Shown here in pieces: positions 9,862-19,302 of a stretch of 64,000 nt of DNA. A program made the translations under genes and the position numbers. The DNA is from an uncultured Acidimicrobiia bacterium (GTDB lineage Bacteria > Actinomycetota > Acidimicrobiia > Acidimicrobiales > AC-14). The stretch spans positions 16,401-80,400 of the forward strand of contig CAWGUU010000018.1 of NCBI GenBank assembly GCA_963825765.1, written 5' to 3'. Positions within the stretch are counted from its first letter, which is position 1; every line of letters begins with the position of its first letter. The notes under the pieces were generated by a model. That model was not told the DNA's origin. It searched no databases and saw nothing but the letters and a program-made list of their open reading frames with translations.

Positions 9862-10845
9862 GTGCGCTTCGACCGGGTGGTCGAGCTGGCGTTGTACGAC
9901 GCCGACGGCGGTTTCTACGAGCAGGGTGGCGGCGCCGGTCGTGGCGGCGCCGATTTCATCACCAGTCCCGAGGTGGGGCCACTGTTCGGTACCGTCCTCG
10001 CCGGCGCGCTGGACGGCTGGTGGCGGGAGCTGGGTAAGCCCGACCCGTACGTCGTCGTGGAGGTGGGGGCGGGCACGGGCACGCTGGCGGCCGCGGTCCT
10101 GGCCGCCGCTCCGGACTGCTCGCCGGCCCTGCGCTACATGCCGGTGGAGCGTTCCGCGGCCCTGCGCGCACGGGCCAGGCCGGGGCTGGAGATGCGGGCC
10201 GAGCCGCCACTAGGCCCCTTCGACGGGGTCGTGGTGGCCAACGAGCTTCTCGACAACCTGCCCTTCCGGCTCCTGGAGCGCACGCCCTCGGGTTGGGACG
10301 AGGTGTTCGTCGGCGCCGACCTGGTGGAGGAGCTTCAGCCGGCAGACGATGCAGCGGCGGCCGAGGCCGTGCGGCTGGGGCCGGGCGCAGCCGTCGGCGC
10401 CCGGATCCCCCTCCAGCACCAGGCCCGGGACTGGCTCGTCGACGCCCTGTCGAGGCTTCGCCGGGGCAGGGTGGTGGTCGTCGACTACATGGACACCACG
10501 CCGTCGATGGCCGGCCGCCCGTGGAGCGAATGGGTCCGGACCTACCGCGGCCACGGCCGTGCCGGCGGTCCGCTGGAAGGGCTCGGCACCGCCGACATCA
10601 CCTGCGAGGTGGCGCTCGACCAGCTGGCCGCGGTCCGCGCTCCCGACGAGGACCGCACCCAGGCCGAGTTCCTCGGCGCCCATGGCATCCAACGCCTCGT
10701 CGAGGTGGCCCATGCCGAGTGGCTCGAGCGGGCTGCCATCGGCGACCTCCGGGCCCTGAAGGCCAGGAGCCGGGTGACCGAGGCCGCCGCCCTCACTGAT
10801 CCGTCCGGGCTGGGGGCGTTCAGGGTCCTGGAATGGCGGGTCTGA
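9862..10845 (+). CDS. SAM-dependent methyltransferase, MidA/NDUFAF7-like (DUF185)
   Basis: GTG start; VVEVGAGTGTLAAAVL SAM motif, ...ANELLDNLPF..., MidA family architecture; directly downstream of nuoN. Confidence 0.7.
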   Translation: MRFDRVVELALYDADGGFYEQGGGAGRGGADFITSPEVGPLFGTVLAGALDGWWRELGKPDPYVVVEVGAGTGTLAAAVLAAAPDCSPALRYMPVERSAALRARARPGLEMRAEPPLGPFDGVVVANELLDNLPFRLLERTPSGWDEVFVGADLVEELQPADDAAAAEAVRLGPGAAVGARIPLQHQARDWLVDALSRLRRGRVVVVDYMDTTPSMAGRPWSEWVRTYRGHGRAGGPLEGLGTADITCEVALDQLAAVRAPDEDRTQAEFLGAHGIQRLVEVAHAEWLERAAIGDLRALKARSRVTEAAALTDPSGLGAFRVLEWRV

Positions 10846-10898
10846 TCCCGAAAGCCTGCTCTAAACTCCGAAAAGCCTGCTCTAAATTCCGAAAGACA
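10846..10898 (+). promoter_or_regulatory. two 21-bp direct repeats plus partial third upstream of acs (candidate operator/promoter element)
   Basis: tcccgaaagcctgctctaaac / tccgaaaagcctgctctaaat / tccgaaagaca; AT-richer than surroundings; ends 23 bp before acs ATG. Confidence 0.4.
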
Positions 10899-10920
10899 GT
10901 GGCCGATAGGCTCCCGGGAC

Positions 10921-12882
10921 ATGGCTGACCCGGCGACCATCGAGGCGTACTACCTCGAGGACCGCACCTTCCCGCCCTCCGAGGAGTTCAAGAAGAACGC
11001 CCTCGTCGTCGACAACTCCATGCACGAGGAGGCCGAGACCGACTTCGAGGGCTTCTGGGCCCGGCAGGCGGCCGAGCTCCTCGACTGGGACTCCGAGTGG
11101 GACACCATCCTGGAGTGGGAGCTGCCGTTCGCCAAATGGTTCGTCGGCGGCACGCTGAACGCCTCGGCCAACTGCGTCGACCGCCACGTGGCCGCCGGCA
11201 AGGGCGACAAGGTCGCCTTCCACTGGGAGGGCGAGCCCGGCGACACCCGCACCATCACCTACGCCGACCTGTGCGAGGAGGTGCAGAAGTTCGCCAACGT
11301 CCTGAAGTCGCTGGGCGTGGCCAAGGGTGACAGGGTCAACGTCTACCTGCCGATGATCCCCGAGCTGCCGGTGGCGATGCTGGCCTGCGCCCGGATCGGG
11401 GCGGCCCACTCCGTGGTCTTCGGCGGGTTCTCGTCCGACGCCTTGCGTGACCGGATCAACGACGCCGAGGCCAAGGTGCTGGTGACCGCCGACGGCGGGT
11501 GGCGGCGGGGCAAGGCGGTACCGCTCAAGGACAACGCCGACGCCGCCGTCGAGGGGACGCCCACCATCGAGCACGTGGTGGTGGTCAAGCGCACCGGGGC
11601 CGACGTGGCGTGGGTCGAGGGCCGAGACCAGTGGTACGCCGACCTCATGGAGGGCGCCTCCGCCGACTGCCCGGCCGAGCCGATGGACTCGGAGCAGCTC
11701 CTGTACCTGCTCTACACGTCAGGCACCACGGCCAAGCCCAAGGGCCTCATGCACACCACCGGCGGGTACCTCACCCAGGTCGCCTTCACCCACAAGTACG
11801 TCTTCGACCACCACCCCGACACCGACGTGTACTGGTGCGCGGCCGACATCGGCTGGGTCACCGGCCACAGCTACATCGTCTACGGCCCGCTGGCCAACGG
11901 GGCCACGTCGATCCTGTACGAGGGCAGCCCCGACTTCCCCGAACGTGACCGGTGGTGGTCGATCGTCGAGCGCTACAAGGCGACGATCCTCTACACCGCC
12001 CCCACCGCCATCCGCACGTTCATGAAGTGGGGCGCGGAGTTCCCGGCGGGGCGCGACCTGTCGTCGCTCCGGGTGCTCGGGTCGGTGGGCGAGCCCATCA
12101 ACCCCGAGGCGTGGATGTGGTACTCGGAGAACATCGGCGGCGGTCGTTGCCCGGTGGTCGACACCTGGTGGCAGACCGAGACGGGCGCCATCCTCATCTC
12201 ACCCCTCCCCGGGGCGACGACCACCAAACCGGGTTCGGCCACGTTTCCGCTCCCGGGGATCGCCGCCGAGGTGGTGGACGAGAAGGGCAACTGCGTGGCA
12301 GAGGGGGGTGGGTACCTCACCCTCACCCGGCCCTGGCCGAGCATGCTCCGGGGCATCTACGGCGACCCCGAGCGCTACCACCGGACGTACTGGTCACGCT
12401 TCGAGGGCCGCTACTTCGCCGGCGACGGGGCCAAGATCGACGCCGACGGCTACCTGTGGCTGCTCGGCCGGGTCGACGACGTGATGAACATCTCCGGACA
12501 CCGGATATCGACCGCGGAGGTGGAGTCGGCGCTGGTCCACCACCCCTCGGTGGCGGAGGCGGCGGTCGTCGGGGCCAAGGACGCCACCACCGGCCAGGCC
12601 ATCATCGCCTTCGTCACGCTGAAGGGCGACGTGGAGGCCGACGCCGAGCACGGCGAGGCCCTCCGGCAGCACGTGGCCCAGAAGATCGGCCACATCGCCC
12701 GGCCCAAGACGGTGATCTTCACCGACGACCTGCCCAAGACCCGCAGCGGCAAGATCATGCGCCGGCTTCTCCAGGACGTGGCCGAGGGCCGAGATCTGGG
12801 CGACACGACCACCCTTGCCGACGCCGGCGTGGTGGAGGAGATCAAGAAGCGGGCCAACGCCGGCGCGGGCGATCAGGATTAA
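10921..12882 (+). CDS. acs: acetyl-coenzyme A synthetase
   Basis: 653 aa; [14 protein letters not shown]-binding motif; strong family resemblance. Confidence 0.95.
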   Translation: MADPATIEAYYLEDRTFPPSEEFKKNALVVDNSMHEEAETDFEGFWARQAAELLDWDSEWDTILEWELPFAKWFVGGTLNASANCVDRHVAAGKGDKVAFHWEGEPGDTRTITYADLCEEVQKFANVLKSLGVAKGDRVNVYLPMIPELPVAMLACARIGAAHSVVFGGFSSDALRDRINDAEAKVLVTADGGWRRGKAVPLKDNADAAVEGTPTIEHVVVVKRTGADVAWVEGRDQWYADLMEGASADCPAEPMDSEQLLYLLYTSGTTAKPKGLMHTTGGYLTQVAFTHKYVFDHHPDTDVYWCAADIGWVTGHSYIVYGPLANGATSILYEGSPDFPERDRWWSIVERYKATILYTAPTAIRTFMKWGAEFPAGRDLSSLRVLGSVGEPINPEAWMWYSENIGGGRCPVVDTWWQTETGAILISPLPGATTTKPGSATFPLPGIAAEVVDEKGNCVAEGGGYLTLTRPWPSMLRGIYGDPERYHRTYWSRFEGRYFAGDGAKIDADGYLWLLGRVDDVMNISGHRISTAEVESALVHHPSVAEAAVVGAKDATTGQAIIAFVTLKGDVEADAEHGEALRQHVAQKIGHIARPKTVIFTDDLPKTRSGKIMRRLLQDVAEGRDLGDTTTLADAGVVEEIKKRANAGAGDQD

Positions 12883-13422
12883 GTGTCGCAAGGAGCAGAG
12901 AAGCCGGGGCCGGAGGAGGACGTCGAGCTGCAGATCCCCTCCCACTGGGAATGGCGGGACGGCCCTGTCGAACCGGGCCCGGCCGTCGTCTTCGACATCG
13001 ACGGCGTGCTCTCCGACGCCACCAACCGCCAGCACTTCCTCGAGGGGGAGGGCGACAAGAAGGACTGGCGGGGGTTCTTCGACGCCTGCGGCGACGACCC
13101 GCTCCTCGAGGACGTGGCCGGGCTGGTCGAGGTGATCGACCGCGACCTCACCGTCGTCCTCCTCACCGGCCGGCCCGTGCGGGTGCAGCCGGCCACGCTG
13201 GCCTGGCTGGAGCGCTACGGCGTGCGCTGGGACCTGCTGATCATGCGCAACCGGGGCGACTACTCGACCGCCCCGGAGTTCAAGCGCCAGACCGTCGGCG
13301 AGCTGCGGGAACGGGGCTTCGACCTCCGCCTGGCCTTCGAGGACGACGTCCGCAACCGGGACATGTTCAAGAGCGAGGGCGTGCGCTGCGTGTACATCCA
13401 CTCCGGCTACTACGAGAACTGA
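12883..13422 (+). CDS. HAD-superfamily phosphatase-like protein
   Basis: GTG start immediately after acs stop; VVFDIDGVL (HAD motif I), VLLTGRP. Confidence 0.6.
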   Translation: MSQGAEKPGPEEDVELQIPSHWEWRDGPVEPGPAVVFDIDGVLSDATNRQHFLEGEGDKKDWRGFFDACGDDPLLEDVAGLVEVIDRDLTVVLLTGRPVRVQPATLAWLERYGVRWDLLIMRNRGDYSTAPEFKRQTVGELRERGFDLRLAFEDDVRNRDMFKSEGVRCVYIHSGYYEN

Positions 13423-13667
13423 CACGTTCGGGCGCCACGAGAACTGGTCCCGGCCCGGCGGGTGCGCGGGGCCAGGGCTCGTCTGGTTCCACTCGACTGG
13501 CTGTTTCTGCTCGCGCAATTCCGCCATATAGCCGGTACTTTCGCGAGCAGAACCTGCCTGCCGGTCCCGATTCCTGGCGCCCCGTGGTCCCTAAGGGACG
13601 ATCTTCCGGCGAAGACCCGGAACGCGCGCCGGGGCCGGAACGTTACAGAGGGAGACAAGGAGCAGAA

Positions 13668-14519
13668 GTGAGCAAGAACACAGCCAAGACGTACGTGCTG
13701 ATGGCAGGCCTCGGCGGCATGCTGGTGCTGGTGGGGTCGATCTTCGGCCGGGTCGGCACGATCATCGGCCTCCTCATCGGCCTGGCGTTCGTCGGGGGGT
13801 CCTACTGGTTCTCGGACAAGTTGGCCATCAAATCGGCCAAGGCGGTGCCGGTGACCGAGGCGGAGATGCCCGAGTACTACAGGATCGTCCGCGAGCTCAG
13901 CACCGAGGCAGGCATGCCGATGCCGGCCCTGTACGTCACCCCCGACCTCCAGCCCAACGCCTTCGCCACCGGGCGGAACCCCCAGCACGCCGCGGTCGCG
14001 GTGACACGGGGCATCCTCAACATCCTCGACTGGGACGAGCTTCGCGGCGTGCTGGCCCACGAGCTCAGCCACGTCGGCAACCGCGACATCCTGATCGGCT
14101 CGGTGGCCGCCGCGGTGGCCATGGGCATCACCTTCGTGGCCCGGATGGCCATGTGGGGTGCCATGTTCGGCGGCGGCGGCGATGACGACGACACCAACCC
14201 CCTTGCCATGCTGGCCTTCGCCTTGCTCGCCCCTCTCGCCGCCGCAGTGCTGCAGATGTCGCTGAGCAGGAGCCGCGAGTACGAGGCCGACCGTGCCGGG
14301 GCCCGGCTGATCCACGACGGCGAGCCGCTGGCCCGGGCGCTGGCCAAGCTCGATCGGGGTGCGAGGGCGATCCCGATGGCCGTGGATCCCACCCAGGCCT
14401 CGAAGTACATCGTCAACCCGCTGAGTGGACGCAAGGTGCAGTTCGCCAACCTGTTCTCCACCCACCCTCCGATGGAGGAGCGGATCGCCCGCCTCCGGGC
14501 ACGGGCGTGGCAGGAATAG
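13668..14519 (+). CDS. htpX: zinc metalloprotease HtpX (M48)
   Basis: GTG after GGAGACAAGGAG; HELSHVGNRD HExxH motif; only C-terminal part of the listed 855-aa ORF is genuine. Confidence 0.85.
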   Translation: MSKNTAKTYVLMAGLGGMLVLVGSIFGRVGTIIGLLIGLAFVGGSYWFSDKLAIKSAKAVPVTEAEMPEYYRIVRELSTEAGMPMPALYVTPDLQPNAFATGRNPQHAAVAVTRGILNILDWDELRGVLAHELSHVGNRDILIGSVAAAVAMGITFVARMAMWGAMFGGGGDDDDTNPLAMLAFALLAPLAAAVLQMSLSRSREYEADRAGARLIHDGEPLARALAKLDRGARAIPMAVDPTQASKYIVNPLSGRKVQFANLFSTHPPMEERIARLRARAWQE

Positions 14520-14562
14520 GTAGGACGTAGGCATAGGTAGGACGAAGGCCTGAGAGTTCTCG

Positions 14563-14591
14563 CCCGGTTCCGGCTGCGGGCAGGAACCGGG
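14563..14591 (+). terminator. possible intrinsic terminator hairpin after htpX (9-bp perfect stem cccggttcc/ggaaccggg, no U-tract)
   Basis: seen directly in sequence. Confidence 0.3.
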
Positions 14592-14642
14592 CGTCCCGGC
14601 GGCGAAAGGGTAGGGGTCGCGCCTACCCGCATCCGTTCGCTG

Positions 14643-15776
14643 GTGGTCCTCGTCCCGGTCGTCCTACTCCTGACGGTCAGCGGGCTTCCCGTGGCGCGGG
14701 CCCAGACGGCCCCGCCGACGCCGCCGACAACGGTGAAGGGACTGCTGGAGGACATCCTCTCCAGGCTCATTCCCCCGACGCCCCCTCCGCCTCCGCCCAC
14801 CACGGCCGTCCCACCGGAGCCGGCGCCCGAACCCGCCCCGGACCCGGCGGCCGATGCGGGCCCGACGACGACGGAGCCCGGCACCATCCCACCCGAGTTC
14901 CTGCCGATCATCAACTCCCTGCGCAAGTCCGGCCCTCGGAACAACTCCGCCCTCCTGGACGCCCTGCGGAGCCTCGAGGACCTGGGCCTGACCAGCGAGG
15001 AGGTGGCCCTGCTGGGATCGGGCCAGTTCCCGGTGGCCGGCCCGGTCAGCTACACCGACGACTGGCACGATGCCCGCTTCGGCCCGCCGTTCCACCTCCA
15101 CCAGGGCACCGACATCTTCGCGGCCCGGGGGACCCCCATCCGGGCCATGGAGGCCGGTGTCGTCTCGTTCACCGACGGGGGCCTGGGCGGCAAGGGCGCC
15201 TATCTCAACGCGGTGGGCGGCACCAGCTACTACATGGCCCATCTGAACGGCTACCCCCGGGACGTGTCGAGCGGATCGCGGGTGAACCAGGGAGACGTGA
15301 TCGGCTTCGTCGGCAGCACGGGGAACGCCGAGGGCGGCTCACCGCACCTGCACTTCGAGATCCGTCCCGGCGGCGGCGAGGCCACCAACCCCAAGCCCAT
15401 CCTCGACCGCTGGCTGGACGAGGCGCTCGAGGCCGTGCCGACCCTGCTGGCCTCGTTCAACATCAACGTGCCTCGCGCCGTCACCGCGGCCGGCATGCTG
15501 CGCCGGTTCGAGGGCGGGATGTACTCCGGTTCGGGCCAGACGGCGGTCGCGCCGCTGCTGTGGGCGTCGTCGGTCAGCGCGGGCGGGGGAACGCTACGGC
15601 TGGCCGAGCTGGTGGCCATGCGCATGGCCAGCCGGATCGACTGGGACGGGCGCACCAGCGTGCAGGAGCTCCAGGCGCAGTCGCTCAGGGACGCCCGGGC
15701 GGTCGCCGGCTCGGTGCTGGCGCCGGTGACGCCGACCGTGGTGATGCGACTGCTGGGGCCGGGCCTCAGTCCCTGA
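14643..15776 (+). CDS. secreted M23 family metallopeptidase (LytM domain)
   Basis: signal peptide, Pro-rich linker, HxxxD (HQGTDIFAARGTPIRAMEAGVV) and HLHFE motifs. Confidence 0.8.
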   Translation: MVLVPVVLLLTVSGLPVARAQTAPPTPPTTVKGLLEDILSRLIPPTPPPPPPTTAVPPEPAPEPAPDPAADAGPTTTEPGTIPPEFLPIINSLRKSGPRNNSALLDALRSLEDLGLTSEEVALLGSGQFPVAGPVSYTDDWHDARFGPPFHLHQGTDIFAARGTPIRAMEAGVVSFTDGGLGGKGAYLNAVGGTSYYMAHLNGYPRDVSSGSRVNQGDVIGFVGSTGNAEGGSPHLHFEIRPGGGEATNPKPILDRWLDEALEAVPTLLASFNINVPRAVTAAGMLRRFEGGMYSGSGQTAVAPLLWASSVSAGGGTLRLAELVAMRMASRIDWDGRTSVQELQAQSLRDARAVAGSVLAPVTPTVVMRLLGPGLSP

Positions 15777-16254
15777 AGTTCTTGAACTGGAGGGGGACCC
15801 CGAAATCCTCCTCTTTCAGCGCCGCGATCACGGCCTGAAGGTCGTCCCGCTTCTTGCCCGACACGCGGACCTGGTCGCCCTGGGTCTGCGACGACACGCC
15901 CTTGACGCCGCGGGCCTTGATGAACTTGTTCACCTCGCGGGCCTTGACGTCGCTGATCCCGGCGTTGATCGATACCGTCTGGCGCACCGTGCCCTTGGCC
16001 GCGTCCTCGACGGTGCCGTATTCGAGGGCCTTGAGCGACACCGACCGGCGGACCAGCTTCTCCTCCAGCACCTGGGAGAGCGCCTTCATGCGGTCGGCGG
16101 TGGCCGACGTCAGCCGGATCTCCCCGTCGCCGAGCTCGATGCTCGACCCGGTGTCCTTGAAGTCGAAGCGGGTGCCGACCTCCCGCTGGGCCTGGTCGAC
16201 GGCATTGCGGACCTCCTGCAGGTCCACCTCGGAAACCACGTCGAAGGTGGGCAT
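15766..16254 (-). CDS. yajQ: YajQ family (UPF0234) nucleotide/c-di-GMP-binding protein
   Basis: MPTFDVVSEVDLQEVRNAVDQAQREV... family-typical; longer listed ORF would overlap tRNA-Tyr so internal ATG chosen. Confidence 0.8.
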   Translation of the reverse strand: MPTFDVVSEVDLQEVRNAVDQAQREVGTRFDFKDTGSSIELGDGEIRLTSATADRMKALSQVLEEKLVRRSVSLKALEYGTVEDAAKGTVRQTVSINAGISDVKAREVNKFIKARGVKGVSSQTQGDQVRVSGKKRDDLQAVIAALKEEDFGVPLQFKNFRD

Positions 16255-16283
16255 CACCCAAACGGTATCGTGGAATCTCCGAT

Positions 16284-16365
16284 GGGTCGGTGCCCGAGCG
16301 GCCAAAGGGAGCAGACTGTAAATCTGCCGGCACAGCCTACGGAGGTTCGAATCCTCCCCGGCCCA
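16284..16365 (+). tRNA. tRNA-Tyr (GTA)
   Basis: cloverleaf with 7-bp acceptor stem (one G-U), anticodon loop ctGTAaa, long variable arm, T-loop ggttcgaatcc. Confidence 0.9.
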
Positions 16366-16561
16366 CGCAGGGAGCGTCACAAGTTGGCGGCTCCTACGTT
16401 CACAAGATGTGCGGCCGAAGGGGCGGCCGCCACGTCGTCGTTGGTTTCGGGTCGCGCAGGGACCCTCCTGGGTCGCCAGGAGGGGTCTCGTCGATCCACG
16501 GGGTCGCGGATAACCCGCCTGCCGGCGGGACAGGCGTCGGGCGTCGCCGCCGCTCTTGGAT

Positions 16562-18172
16562 TCAGTCGGCCTGCGGCAGGATCTCGCTCAGCCCGCCGGT
16601 ACGGCGCCTGGCCCGCGGCCGCCTCGTCTTCGGACGGACGGTAAGGCCGTGCGGATCGGGCAGACCGTGCTTGGCTCGATAGGCGACGAGGGTCAGCAGG
16701 TTGGCGGCGACATGGGTGAACGTCAGCAGCAGGTTGTAGTTGACCAGGCCGAGAGAGCGGATGTAGTTCCGCCCGACCCTGCCGTAGTGGACCTTGACGG
16801 ACGCGTTGGCGCTCTCGACGCCCACCCGACGGTTCTTCGACTCAACCCAGGTGCTGGTGCCATAGAGGTACTTCTGTCGGTCTCGCAGTCCCGCAGTTGC
16901 CGGGATCTGCACCGTCACCTGGTTGCAGCACGGCCGGAGGGCTTCGGCTGCCTGAGGCGGTGGAGCAACGGTGGGATTGCTGATCGGCCGGCGAAGCGAG
17001 GGCGGCACCAGCTCGCAACGGCTGTGTCCGCCACGCTGAGCGAGGCAGGCGACCCGGATGTGTCCGTCGCCCGTCGATCGGCCCTGCTGCAGGGTCGCGG
17101 CGTAGTTGGCCCTCTCGTCGTAGCGGGCGACGAGAGCATCCCGCTCGCTCTGGCGCATCCCCGGCTTCACGGGCGGAAGGTCCCAGAGGTCCTTCGGCGT
17201 CCCCGGGCAGAACTGCCCCCCGTCGAGCACCAGGAAGCCCCGCACGTCGGGCTGGGGGTCTCGCTGCCAGCTCATCAGGTCATGGGTGCGGTCCACTCCC
17301 ATCGCTTCGAGGGGAGCGGCGAACTTGTCGACGACGGAGATGGAATAGCCCCGGTCGGCGATGAGGTGCTCGACGGCGATGCCGTCGCCGATGGTGTCCC
17401 GGACCAGGTCCACCGCCGTCTGTCCCCGGTGGGTGCCGGCCGAGGTGACGCGATGGCGCCGGATGAGCAAGGGCACCTCGGGACCGCCCATGTTCCGGGT
17501 CTGGACCAGGAGGTGGTCCTCGTAGCCGAAGTAGGTCCCGCCCCGGCGTCCGTTCTTGGCCGGGCTGTGGCCCTCTCGGGCGTCGTCATCGAGCGTCGAT
17601 CGTGTCCGTTCGCCGTCGGCGTTGGCGCCGGTCTCCACCCGGGCCCACGTCTCCACGTCGGTGCCGTCGACGCTGTAGCAGTCGCTGAGGGCGATGTCCG
17701 CCGGTGTGGTGGCGTCGAGGAGCCTGTCGGTGAACCAGCTCACGGCGTCCCCGTGCGGCGCGGACCCGTCGAGCACGGTAGGTGCCAGCTCGCCCAGCGC
17801 GTGGCGGAGGCGATGCCAGCAGTGCCAGACCTGTCGGTAGGTGACCACGTGGCCCCCGACCTCGACCTCGAGCTCGTGGCGAAGCGGCTCGGGCAGAGCC
17901 CGCAGCAGACGTGCCACCTGGGTGAGATGGTTGTCGCGCTTGAGGCCGGCGTTCATGACCAGGCCGACGAGCAGGGCCTGCAACCGGAGCTGGCAGTCGG
18001 GCCCGGGGTGGTCGTCCAGGTGAGCTTGGAGCGCCTCGAGCTGACCGAACCGGCCGATGCAGTCGATGGCGACGCGGGCCATCTGGTCCACGGTGAGATC
18101 CATCGCCCGGCGGTCGTCGGGACCGGGCCGCTTCGGCGAGGTCGGGGCCGTGCCTGTCTGAGCGGCGCTCAT
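16562..18172 (-). CDS. DDE transposase, IS4 family-like (about 537 aa)
   Basis: candidate D (SVDGTDVETW), D (HLIADRGYS) and YREK-like R-x3-E-x6-K (NRRVGVESANASVK) signature; ATG at 18172 overlaps upstream ORF stop (ATGA). Confidence 0.55.
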   Translation of the reverse strand: MSAAQTGTAPTSPKRPGPDDRRAMDLTVDQMARVAIDCIGRFGQLEALQAHLDDHPGPDCQLRLQALLVGLVMNAGLKRDNHLTQVARLLRALPEPLRHELEVEVGGHVVTYRQVWHCWHRLRHALGELAPTVLDGSAPHGDAVSWFTDRLLDATTPADIALSDCYSVDGTDVETWARVETGANADGERTRSTLDDDAREGHSPAKNGRRGGTYFGYEDHLLVQTRNMGGPEVPLLIRRHRVTSAGTHRGQTAVDLVRDTIGDGIAVEHLIADRGYSISVVDKFAAPLEAMGVDRTHDLMSWQRDPQPDVRGFLVLDGGQFCPGTPKDLWDLPPVKPGMRQSERDALVARYDERANYAATLQQGRSTGDGHIRVACLAQRGGHSRCELVPPSLRRPISNPTVAPPPQAAEALRPCCNQVTVQIPATAGLRDRQKYLYGTSTWVESKNRRVGVESANASVKVHYGRVGRNYIRSLGLVNYNLLLTFTHVAANLLTLVAYRAKHGLPDPHGLTVRPKTRRPRARRRTGGLSEILPQAD

Positions 18173-18765
18173 GCGGCACCTCCCCTGAGGAGCGTCCGGG
18201 CGAGCTCCGGGTCCACCGCCGGCAGGAGCCGGATGATCTCGGTCAGGCCGCAGGCGGTGCGCAACCCGGCGGCAGGCAGGAGTACGGCCAGCGGGGTGCC
18301 CACGGCCAGGTGGTGGAGAAGCCACGTGGACCGCAATCGTCCGAGCGACAGGCGCACCCCGTCCGTCGGGTGCCCCAGCTGGAAGACGAGCGTGTTCACC
18401 GCCGTCCGTGACCCGATGATCCGTCCCTCGCCCACCCTGCGGGCGGCGGCGGCCAGTCGCTCCTCGTACGCGGCCAGGCACACGACGGATCGGTCCGGGT
18501 TCTGGGCCCGGACGGACACGCCGTGTTCGGAGACGACCACGTCGGTCCCGAGCACGTCGGACACCCACCGGCCGTCGATGCCGCACCCGAGCCCGATGGC
18601 CATGAGGGCCTCGAACAGGTGACGGCGAATGGCGGTGCCCTGGCCGCGGGCGGCAGCCTCCAACCGGTCCAGCTCCCACGGCGAGTAGGGCGGCTGGGGG
18701 CCGGATGGGGCCGTCGCCACCTCGACTCCGTCGGCGACGGGGCCGGCTGGCGCGACGACGCTCAT
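18169..18765 (-). CDS. hypothetical protein translationally coupled to transposase (IS orfA?)
   Basis: 198 aa, non-repetitive composition, stop overlaps transposase ATG. Confidence 0.35.
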   Translation of the reverse strand: MSVVAPAGPVADGVEVATAPSGPQPPYSPWELDRLEAAARGQGTAIRRHLFEALMAIGLGCGIDGRWVSDVLGTDVVVSEHGVSVRAQNPDRSVVCLAAYEERLAAAARRVGEGRIIGSRTAVNTLVFQLGHPTDGVRLSLGRLRSTWLLHHLAVGTPLAVLLPAAGLRTACGLTEIIRLLPAVDPELARTLLRGGAA

Positions 18766-18845
18766 CCCCGGCTCGACGATGAGGCCGGCATCGACACCGA
18801 CGAGCAGCGGCCTCGACCGCTCCGTCGCTGGGCGTCCCCGTTGGC

Positions 18846-19279
18846 GTGCAGCCTTACGCCGCGAGGCGGGCCGAGGCGGTGCCGCCCGCGGCCAGGCTCA
18901 CCGGGGTCCGCACCGGTCGCCAGGAGGGCTACGACCGAATCGTTTTCGACTTCTCGGGGGCCCTCGCCGGGTCCGAGTCAGTGGAGTACGTCGCCCGGGT
19001 GACCCAGGACGGGTCGGGCGAGCCGGTGCCGTTGAGCGGCCAGGCATTCCTGAAGGTCGCGTTCTCGGTGGCCGAAGCCCATGATGGCAGCGGAGCCCTC
19101 AGCATCCCCCAGGGAAGGCGTTTCGACCCGAGGCTCACGACCGTCAAGGAAGTCGCCCTCGCCGGGGACTTCGAGGGCTACGTGAGCTTCGGCCTCGGAC
19201 TGGCGGTATGGTCGGCTTTCGCGTCTTCGAGCTGTCGAACCCTTCACGGGTCGTCGTCGACGTCGCCCACCCGTCCTAA
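18846..19279 (+). CDS. hypothetical exported-type protein, apparent frameshift near 19190-19200 and missing N-terminus
   Basis: ...GDFEGYVSFGLGLA then, in +2 frame, GFRVFELSNPSRVVVDVAHPS*; no signal peptide at N-terminus, consistent with 5' truncation by the adjacent IS. Confidence 0.35.
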
Positions 19280-19302
19280 GTCCCGTGCCCGCCGGAGCCC
19301 CA

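Larger units (their letters stand above)
16500..18800 (-). mobile_element. insertion sequence, IS4-superfamily-like (two overlapping ORFs); boundaries approximate
   Basis: DDE transposase-like ORF plus upstream coupled ORF, inserted just downstream of tRNA-Tyr; terminal inverted repeats not resolved by eye. Confidence 0.5.

Noticed and set aside
11952-14519. 855-aa forward ORF spanning acs, HAD and htpX
   Set aside because: Only the last about 284 codons (HtpX) are real. Upstream part is an out-of-frame shadow of acs/HAD with Arg/Gly-rich composition.
12394-14534. 377-aa and 374-aa reverse ORFs
   Set aside because: Antisense to acs/HAD/htpX; no motifs.
16284-16365. tRNA-Tyr as attachment site with adjacent integrase
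   Set aside because: No integrase next to the tRNA (an IS transposase instead). The island idea rests on synteny, not on a demonstrated att duplication.
16556-18622. 688-aa forward ORF opposite the transposase
   Set aside because: Antisense shadow. The reverse ORF carries the DDE/YREK-like motifs.
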